A stretch of 64,000 bases of DNA from positions 3,232,001 to 3,296,000 of the forward strand of contig CBDETY010000003.1 in the NCBI GenBank assembly GCA_965243025.1, written 5' to 3'. The position numbers and the translations under genes are program-made. Below are positions 57,381 through 64,000 of this stretch, one piece after another. The DNA comes from Candidatus Latescibacterota bacterium. GTDB lineage: Bacteria; Latescibacterota; UBA2968; UBA8231. Within the stretch, counting starts at the first letter, position 1; each line of letters opens with the position of its first letter. Below the pieces are notes generated by a model. It was not told the DNA's origin, ran no database searches, and saw nothing but the letters and a program-made list of their open reading frames with translations.

Positions 57381-58505
57381 ATGACCACAGAGGAACAGAG
57401 CAGCCCGGCCGGGACCGCCCCCGAGGCGCTCCTGCGGCCCGAGGTCCTGGCCGCCTTCGACCGCGGCTTCTTCGAACGCGAGGGGTACTGGGTCTGGGAC
57501 GGAGTCCTCACGGACGAGGGCCGCCGCCGCTGGACGGCCACCCTGCAGCGGCTCCAGGGACTGAACGACTCCTTCCTCCAGCGCACCGACTGGGGCGCCC
57601 TCGACTACGCCGGCATGGGCCTGACGGCTCCCGATCCGGAGGTCCATGCTCCCGGGTTCCTGGCCTCCTGCTGCGGCGGCTCCGAGCAGATGCGGGTCAT
57701 CCAGATGACCCCGGGCCTGCGCGACTACATGAAGGACCACGGCCTCTTCGGTCCCGGGATCGTCCCCGCGGCGGACGGCCGCGGGTGGGAGGGGGTGATG
57801 CCCGAGTACTTCTCCCCGGCCTACGACGGCTTCATCCTCGACGTCGCCACCACCCACCCGCAGATGATGGAGCTCTTCGGCCGGCTCCTCGGGCCGCGGT
57901 TCCTGCTGGACCACATCCTGATGCTCAACCGCCCGCCGGGGTCGACCGGCCGGCGCTGGCACGCCCACGGCTACCGCCAGGGCCAGCACGAGACCGAGGA
58001 TGTATACGGCCGCGACAACGACCGCCCGCCGAGCCGGGAGTACTTGCCCCACCAGTGCGTGCGCACCCTGTGCTATCCCGAAGGCATGGGCGTCGACGAC
58101 GGGGGCGGCGAGCTGGCGGTGGTCCCCGGGGCCCACCTCTACCGCAGCCCCTACCTGTGGAACACCCGGCGCAGCGAGTTCGACGAGGAGTTCCGGGCCG
58201 GCTGGATGCGGGGCCGGGTCCACGCCTTCACCGGGGAGCCCCTGCGCATCGAACCCCTCTCGCTGAACCCGGGCAGCATGGTCTCCTTCGTCCACCACAT
58301 GCCCCACCGCGTCGGCTTCCGCGACGACGATGCACCCACGCGCTGGGGGCTGCTGATGGCCTACCGCACGCCGGACCCGGACGAGGCCGAGCAGGCGCCC
58401 TGGAACGAGGGCGTCCCCGCCCACTGGGTGGCGCGCCAGGATGCCGCGGGCAGGATCACGCCATCGATGCGCCGGGTCTTCGAGGGAGACAACCCGCCGG
58501 CCTGA
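57381..58505 (+). CDS. Divergent PhyH-like dioxygenase (H-x-H motif)
   Basis: FEREGYWV, RRWHAH, LAVVPGAH, PGSMV..HHMPH..R. Confidence 0.7.
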   Translation: MTTEEQSSPAGTAPEALLRPEVLAAFDRGFFEREGYWVWDGVLTDEGRRRWTATLQRLQGLNDSFLQRTDWGALDYAGMGLTAPDPEVHAPGFLASCCGGSEQMRVIQMTPGLRDYMKDHGLFGPGIVPAADGRGWEGVMPEYFSPAYDGFILDVATTHPQMMELFGRLLGPRFLLDHILMLNRPPGSTGRRWHAHGYRQGQHETEDVYGRDNDRPPSREYLPHQCVRTLCYPEGMGVDDGGGELAVVPGAHLYRSPYLWNTRRSEFDEEFRAGWMRGRVHAFTGEPLRIEPLSLNPGSMVSFVHHMPHRVGFRDDDAPTRWGLLMAYRTPDPDEAEQAPWNEGVPAHWVARQDAAGRITPSMRRVFEGDNPPA

Positions 58506-58566
58506 TCGGGGTCCGCGGCAAAACAGGGTGCCTGAAGGTGATTTCCTGAGAAAGGAGTAGTGGTTC

Positions 58567-60939
58567 ATGCGCAATCTGGTCTGTAAGTCGATTTCAGCGG
58601 CATTGCTGGCCCTCCATCCCCTGGGGGCCCAGGAAACCTCCCTGAGCGGTACGGTAACCGATGCGGAAAGCGGCACGCGGCTGCCAGGGGCCAACATCCG
58701 CCTCGTGGATACCTTGCTGGGGGCTTCCACGGACCTGGAAGGCCAGTTCGTGTTGCGGGGCGTGCCTGCGGGCACCCAACAGGTGGAAGTCAGCCTGATC
58801 GGTTATGCAACCCACATCGAAACCCTGCAGGTGGTGACTGGCGAGCAGGCGCACTTGACCGTCGCCCTGACCTCCAGTCCCGTGCACATGGGGGAAACAC
58901 TGATCCAGGCCGACCGGGCCTTCTCGGCGGCTTCCTCGCGGGCCGTGCGCCAGTTCGACCTGCAAACCCGGCCCACCCGCACCGCCCATCAGATGCTGCA
59001 ACTGGCACCCGGCCTCATCATCGCCCAGCACGCCGGCGGCGGCAAAGCGGAACAGATCTTCCTGCGCGGTTTCGACGCCGACCACGGCACCGATGTCGCC
59101 ATCTCGCTGGATGGGGTTCCGGTGAACATGGTCTCCCACGGCCATGGACAAGGCTACGCCGACCTGCACTTCCTGATTCCCGAAGTCGTCGAGGAACTGG
59201 AAGTCAAAAAAGGGCCGTACTTCGCCGAAGTCGGCAATCTGGGTACCGCCGGGGCCATCGCCTACCGCACCCGCAACCATCTCGACGGAAACGCCATTCA
59301 CTTCGAAGGGGGCGCTTTCAATTCGGCCGAGTACACCATGCTGTATCAGATTCCGCTGGCCGATACCGGGCAAAGCGCCTATTTCGCGGGCAAGTACTAC
59401 CAGACCGATGGCCCCCTCAACCGGCCCCAGGGCCTGCAGCGCTTCAATCTCTTCGGCAAGTACCACAACCATCTCTCCGACCGCTCCACCCTTACCCTGA
59501 CCACCAGCGGGTTCAGTTCGGCCTGGGACGCCTCCGGGCAGATTCCCCAACGGGCGGTGGAACAGGGCCTCATCGACCGCTGGGGCGCCATCGACGACCT
59601 GGAAGGCGGCACCACCGGCCGCCAGGACTTCCACGTCAATTTCCACGTCCAGGAGGCCGGCACCAGCGTCTTCGACCTGCAGGCGTACCTGGTCAGCTAC
59701 CAGTTCAAGCTGTTCTCCAACTTCACCTTCTTCCTCGAGGACCGGGAACGCGGCGACGCCATCGAACAGACCGATACCCGCCAGGTCTCCGGGATCAACA
59801 GCCGCTATTCCTTCTACCACCATTGGGGACCGTACCTCGCCCATACCGCGATAGGAGGCGGCTTGCGGGCGGACAATGCGGATGTGGGGTTGTGGAAAAG
59901 CCCGGATCGCCAGCGCCTGATGCCTCTGGTCGACGCCGATGTCATGGAGCGCAACCTGTTCCTGTGGGCGCAGGAGGAGCTCATCCTGACCCCGCGGCTG
60001 AAACTGGCACTGGGTCTGCGAGGCGACTATTTCACCTTCAACGTCGACGATCATCTCGAAGGGCGCCCCGGGGAGCTGCCCCATGCCTCCGGCGTTGCTC
60101 AAGCCTCTATCCTCAGCCCGAAAGCGACCCTGGTGTACAGCCCCGGCCGCGCCCTGGACCTGTTTGCCAATTTCGGCACCGGATTCCATTCCAACGACGC
60201 CCGCAACAACGTCATCGACGCCCGCGCCTCGCAGATTCGCCGGGTCATGCGGCGCAATGGGCGCAGCGAGGCCGACATTGCCCTCGAGTTGGCGGGACGG
60301 CACATCGATCCCGGCCACCTCGAAGAAGGGACGCTGCCTCGGGCGGTGGGGGCCGAAACCGGTCTGAGAACCCGGTTGTTCGACCGTTTGAACCTGGGGG
60401 CGGCTCTGTGGCGGCTGGACCTGGAGAGCGAGTTCGTCTTCGTCGGCGACGCCGGCACCACCGAAGCCAGCGGCAGAACCCGGCGGGAGGGGCTCGATCT
60501 GGAAGCCCGTCTCCAACTGCATCCCTGGCTGTGGGCCGATGTCGACCTCAATCTCGCCCGGGGTGAGGCCGTCGACGAACCGGACGGCGCCGATGAGATC
60601 CCACTGGCCCCTCGACGAACCTCTACGGGAGGCTTGACGTGGTTCCATCCCGATGGCCTGGAAGGCAGCCTGCGCTTCCGCCACGTCGGCGACCGGCCCG
60701 CCAACGAGGACGGCAGCATCACGGCCGAGGGCTATACCCTCCTCGATTTGATCGGAGTCTGCCGTCTGGGGGACTGGCGGTTGAACCTGGGTGTGGAGAA
60801 CGTGCTGAATTCGGCGTGGAACGAGGCGCAGTTCGACACGGAATCGCGACTGCGGGACGAAGAGGAACCTGTTTCGGAGATCCACTTCACCCCGGGGAAT
60901 CCCGCCAACCTGTTGCTGGGAGTCAGTTTTTCCTTCTGA
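58567..60939 (+). CDS. TonB-dependent receptor with N-terminal carboxypeptidase-regulatory-like domain
   Basis: LSGTVTD..LPGANI, plug motifs (QHAGGGKAEQIFLRGF, DGVPVN, KKGPY), C-terminal aromatic residue (VSFSF). Confidence 0.92.
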   Translation: MRNLVCKSISAALLALHPLGAQETSLSGTVTDAESGTRLPGANIRLVDTLLGASTDLEGQFVLRGVPAGTQQVEVSLIGYATHIETLQVVTGEQAHLTVALTSSPVHMGETLIQADRAFSAASSRAVRQFDLQTRPTRTAHQMLQLAPGLIIAQHAGGGKAEQIFLRGFDADHGTDVAISLDGVPVNMVSHGHGQGYADLHFLIPEVVEELEVKKGPYFAEVGNLGTAGAIAYRTRNHLDGNAIHFEGGAFNSAEYTMLYQIPLADTGQSAYFAGKYYQTDGPLNRPQGLQRFNLFGKYHNHLSDRSTLTLTTSGFSSAWDASGQIPQRAVEQGLIDRWGAIDDLEGGTTGRQDFHVNFHVQEAGTSVFDLQAYLVSYQFKLFSNFTFFLEDRERGDAIEQTDTRQVSGINSRYSFYHHWGPYLAHTAIGGGLRADNADVGLWKSPDRQRLMPLVDADVMERNLFLWAQEELILTPRLKLALGLRGDYFTFNVDDHLEGRPGELPHASGVAQASILSPKATLVYSPGRALDLFANFGTGFHSNDARNNVIDARASQIRRVMRRNGRSEADIALELAGRHIDPGHLEEGTLPRAVGAETGLRTRLFDRLNLGAALWRLDLESEFVFVGDAGTTEASGRTRREGLDLEARLQLHPWLWADVDLNLARGEAVDEPDGADEIPLAPRRTSTGGLTWFHPDGLEGSLRFRHVGDRPANEDGSITAEGYTLLDLIGVCRLGDWRLNLGVENVLNSAWNEAQFDTESRLRDEEEPVSEIHFTPGNPANLLLGVSFSF

Positions 60940-60993
60940 GCGGTTGTCGCCAGTAGCGGTCCCGGGCGCAGGACGGGTTCCCGCACCCGGCAA

Positions 60994-62004
60994 TTACGGG
61001 CGAATTACGCCGCTTGCCTGCGCGCCCCGGCCCTGACCCAGCGCCAGCTCGGCGAGGTAGACGGCGGTGCCGCCTTCGTGGCTCGAGTAGTAGGAGAGCA
61101 GCCCCCGTTCCTCGCTGAGGGCCACGAACCCGGGGTAGGAGCTGTCCCCGCCGCTCGGCAGTTCCACCGCTTCGTGCAGGGCGTCCCCGTGCAGCCACCA
61201 CAGGGAGGTCGCCGCGGTGTCCCCCATGCTCTTGCGCCCTCCCACGAGGTAGCGGCCCCCCCATCGCACGATCAGCGGTCCGCCGACATTGCGCTCGAGG
61301 CATGCGGACGTCCAAGCCTTCCAGGGCGGCGCCGACCGGCAGATGCGGGCCCTCTTCCCGGCGCCGTCGCGAACCAGGGCAACCGCCGAGCCGTCCTCCT
61401 CGAACAGGAACGCGGTTTCATCGCCGTAATCCCCGGCGAAAAGGGAGTGGAAGTACCACACCAGGCCGTCGGCGCTCGTCAGCATCGCCGACTCGATCGA
61501 CCCGGGCTGCTGCTCGTCCTCGATGCCGGCCCCGTAGCCGCGGCGCCTGCGCCCGCACAGGTACGCGCGGTCCCCGTGGGAAGCCGCCCTCCAGATGTAA
61601 TGGCCGTACGTCCCCTCCATCTGCGCCGGCCCGTTCCAGCCGGAACCGTCGTCGGTCCAGGCGGCGTACCCGAGATGCTCGTTGAGGTTCAGCGGGACCC
61701 CCTCCCCGTGCAGCAGCCAGGTGCCGGTGTAGACGAACAGCGATCCCCGGAACACGAGGAAGTGGGGATCGCGGGTGTCGCGGCCCGGGACCGAAAAGGT
61801 GAACGCCTCCGACCAGGTCACGGCGTCGTCGCTTTCAAGGACGACGACCCGGGCGCAGCTCGTGACCCGGTGCCCGTCCGGACTGCTGCGGAAGGTCAGG
61901 TAGAACCTGCCCGAGTAAACGCACAGGTCGGTGAAGGCGTTGTGGTTGGCATCCTTGCGGACGGTTCTGATCGATTCGACCTGGATGGCCGGCAAGTCCG
62001 TCAT
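60994..62004 (-). CDS. Beta-propeller glycosidase/sialidase-like hypothetical protein
   Basis: HNAFTDL, SDDAVTW, RDPHF, SADGLVW, GDSSYPG, LSYYSSH. Confidence 0.65.
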   Translation of the reverse strand: MTDLPAIQVESIRTVRKDANHNAFTDLCVYSGRFYLTFRSSPDGHRVTSCARVVVLESDDAVTWSEAFTFSVPGRDTRDPHFLVFRGSLFVYTGTWLLHGEGVPLNLNEHLGYAAWTDDGSGWNGPAQMEGTYGHYIWRAASHGDRAYLCGRRRRGYGAGIEDEQQPGSIESAMLTSADGLVWYFHSLFAGDYGDETAFLFEEDGSAVALVRDGAGKRARICRSAPPWKAWTSACLERNVGGPLIVRWGGRYLVGGRKSMGDTAATSLWWLHGDALHEAVELPSGGDSSYPGFVALSEERGLLSYYSSHEGGTAVYLAELALGQGRGAQASGVIRP

Positions 62005-62126
62005 GGCTTTTTCCCCTTTCTGATTTCGCGGCGGCGAGGCGGCAGGGCGGCTCCCTCGAGGCGCTCGACGAGGAAGCGGTCGACGAACAGTTCGCGGCGG
62101 GCGTTCAGGAGGACGGCGGCGGTCAT
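62001..62126 (-). pseudogene. 41-aa remnant of a larger hypothetical gene
   Basis: RRELFVDRFLVERLEG resembles the N-terminus of common propeller-glycosidase-like proteins. ATGA coupling with the next gene. Confidence 0.5.
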
Positions 62127-62258
62127 GTCGGGGCCTCGGTCTTGGCAGGGTGGGGAGATGAAGTAGCTTTCAGCACACCCGCAACGATACAGGGAAACCT
62201 GGAAAATCGGGTCAACTCCAGGTCCACTGAAACAGCATGCCATGGCGAGCGTCCCCGG

Positions 62259-63875
62259 ATGAAAACGACCCGGTTGTCCCACCTCACCCTCCTGTTGCTC
62301 TCCTGCGTGTTCGTGCGGGACAGCCCGGCCGGTGATTATACCCGCCTGTTGCTGCCCGGAGGCGCTTGGGTCCGCTTTGGGGAAGCGGTACTGACCGGCG
62401 AAATCGCCTGGTCCCCCAACGGCGCCTGGCTGGCGGCGCCCAGCAGCGCCGGCACCTGGCTCTACAACGCCCGCACCGGCCGGTTCAAAGCCCTTCTGGG
62501 TACGGGGTTCGTCCGAGCGGTGGCGTTCGCACCGGACAGCAGGACGCTGGCCGCCGGCAGCGGCAGGGAAGTCCAGCTGTGGAAGGTCAGGACCCGGCGG
62601 CTGGAAACCGCTCTCGACGGTCACGAGGGGTTTGTCCGTTCCGTGGCCTTCTCGCCTGACGGCAAGACCCTGGCAAGCGGCGGCCGGGACCGGACGATCC
62701 GGTTGTGGGAGGCCGGAACCGGCCGGTTGGAGGCCACCCTGGACGGGCATGCCGGAGAGGTCGAGGCCCTGGCGTTCTCCCCGGACGGCAGAACCCTGGC
62801 CAGTGCCGGCGGCGACCATGCGATCCGGTTGTGGGATACAAAAACCGGGCAGCACAAGGCTGTCCTGGAAGGACACACCGGCTGGATCGAGTCGGTGGCC
62901 TTCGCCCCGGACGGAAAAACCCTGGCAAGCGGCGGCTGGGACGGCACCATCCGGTTGTGGGACGTGGAAACGGCGCATGCGAAGACTACACTGAAAGGGC
63001 ATTCCGGGTATGGACTGGCCGAGTGGGTCTGGTCCGTTGACTTCGCGCCGGACGGAAAAACCCTGGCAAGCGGTCACGACCACGCGATGCGGCTGTGGGA
63101 CGTGGAGACCGGACAGGTCATGACCTCTCTCACTCCCGATGGGCATACGAGCTGGGTCTCCTCGGTGGCGTTTGCGCCGGACGGCAAGACCCTGGCCAGC
63201 GGCAGCCGCAGCAGCAATGAGAACGAGAGCAGGCATTTCTCCGTTCTGCTGTGGGATCTGTCCTCCCGCACCCAAGTGGAGGCCGTGGTGGCCGGCGGCA
63301 ACGCCGGGGGCCTGACCGTCGAGTTCTCCCGCTCCATCGCCGGCCGCCGCCGCGACTACGCCTGGAGCGCCGTCACCGACACCGCCGGGAGGCTGGAGCT
63401 CACCCTGTTCCCCGGGGTCACCGGTTTCTACGAAGCCCGCGCCCGGGCCGCCGACGCCACGGTCGCCGGCCGGTGGAACAGCATTCCCCTCAACAGCGGC
63501 GAGCGCCAGTTCCTGGAGCTCACCCTTGGCGGCGGCATGCGGGTGGTGGATGCGGAACAGCTGGCCGCCGCAAAAGTTGCGGCGCCGCAAGGACCGGCGG
63601 AAAGCGAGCTGCATCCCAACACGCCCAACCCTTTCAACGCCAGCACCCGGATCGCCTACCGCCTCGCCGCTTCCGGACCGGTGCGGCTGGAGATCTACAA
63701 TCTCCTCGGGCAGCCGGTGCGCACCCTGATCGACCAGACCCAGACCGCCGGCGCGTACCGGGTTACCTGGGATTCGCGGGACCGGCGGGGCGCCGCGGTG
63801 GCCGCGGGGATCTACCTCACCCGCCTGACCTGCCCGGACGGGGTGCGGACCCGCAGACTGATCCTGTTGAAGTAG
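62259..63875 (+). CDS. Secreted WD40-repeat protein with C-terminal FlgD-Ig/T9SS-type domain
   Basis: Signal peptide, GH..V.SVAF.PDGKTLASG..D.TIRLWD repeats, NTPNPFN..WDSRD..AAGIY..RRLILLK. Confidence 0.9.
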   Translation: MKTTRLSHLTLLLLSCVFVRDSPAGDYTRLLLPGGAWVRFGEAVLTGEIAWSPNGAWLAAPSSAGTWLYNARTGRFKALLGTGFVRAVAFAPDSRTLAAGSGREVQLWKVRTRRLETALDGHEGFVRSVAFSPDGKTLASGGRDRTIRLWEAGTGRLEATLDGHAGEVEALAFSPDGRTLASAGGDHAIRLWDTKTGQHKAVLEGHTGWIESVAFAPDGKTLASGGWDGTIRLWDVETAHAKTTLKGHSGYGLAEWVWSVDFAPDGKTLASGHDHAMRLWDVETGQVMTSLTPDGHTSWVSSVAFAPDGKTLASGSRSSNENESRHFSVLLWDLSSRTQVEAVVAGGNAGGLTVEFSRSIAGRRRDYAWSAVTDTAGRLELTLFPGVTGFYEARARAADATVAGRWNSIPLNSGERQFLELTLGGGMRVVDAEQLAAAKVAAPQGPAESELHPNTPNPFNASTRIAYRLAASGPVRLEIYNLLGQPVRTLIDQTQTAGAYRVTWDSRDRRGAAVAAGIYLTRLTCPDGVRTRRLILLK

Positions 63876-63964
63876 CCGCGGCCGGGTTGCAGGATTCGTA
63901 CGGACAGGGCGAAATCGAGCCTGGAGACGGCGGCAGATCACTCTCAGTGAAAGGACTATCCCCC

Positions 63965-64000
63965 ATGCGCGCGATATGGAACCTGCTCTTCGGTTCGCTC
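63965..64000 (+). CDS. Start of a gene running off the window
   Basis: AAAGGA RBS and MRAIWNLLFGSL. Confidence 0.45.
   Translation, partial: MRAIWNLLFGSL

Noticed and set aside
62400-63260. Repeated gacggcaagaccctggc-like units
   Set aside because: These are coding WD40 repeats.
1-64000. tRNA, rRNA, IS elements, prophage genes
   Set aside because: None was recognised by eye. A tRNAscan, cmscan or ISEScan run is needed to exclude small or degenerate ones.

Overview
A GC-rich accessory-type bacterial region with about 50 intact genes and many decayed fragments. I found no rRNA, tRNA, CRISPR array, transposase or integrase. The gene content includes seven PhyH-family 2OG-Fe(II) dioxygenases, sulfatases, a sialidase-like protein, a sialate O-acetylesterase, YWTD/WD40/ankyrin/LRR repeat proteins, FlgD-Ig/'T9SS-type' NxPNPFN domains, dockerin-like motifs and a TonB-dependent receptor. 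This suggests a diderm FCB-related organism such as a Latescibacterota-like host (sponge) symbiont, which is inference only. Main observations: (1) five intact genes from at least four unrelated families (mostly with signal peptides) end in the same short tag, T-x-[VI]-x3-[ST]-W-G-x-[ILA]-K, a candidate sorting/anchoring signal; (2) a gene the ORF track misses at 34238-34588 encodes an ArsC-like selenoprotein (UxxC, in-frame TGA followed by a SECIS-like hairpin); (3) 39.2-40.8 kb is a mosaic of fragments from four secreted-protein families around one AT-richer gene and a C11/A8 tract, resembling a surface-protein turnover hotspot; (4) several genes have lost their middles but kept both ends (vapC, mlrC, a sulfatase); (5) also present are an RDD-signal peptidase I fusion, a GNAT-glycosidase-like fusion, a His-x-His PhyH variant, a duplicated leader of about 150 bp before an all-in-one hybrid kinase, and a solitary DUF262/DUF1524 (GmrSD-like) defence gene. 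Several start codons were moved from the ORF track using RBS and signal-peptide context. All family calls come from motif recognition by eye, not database searches.
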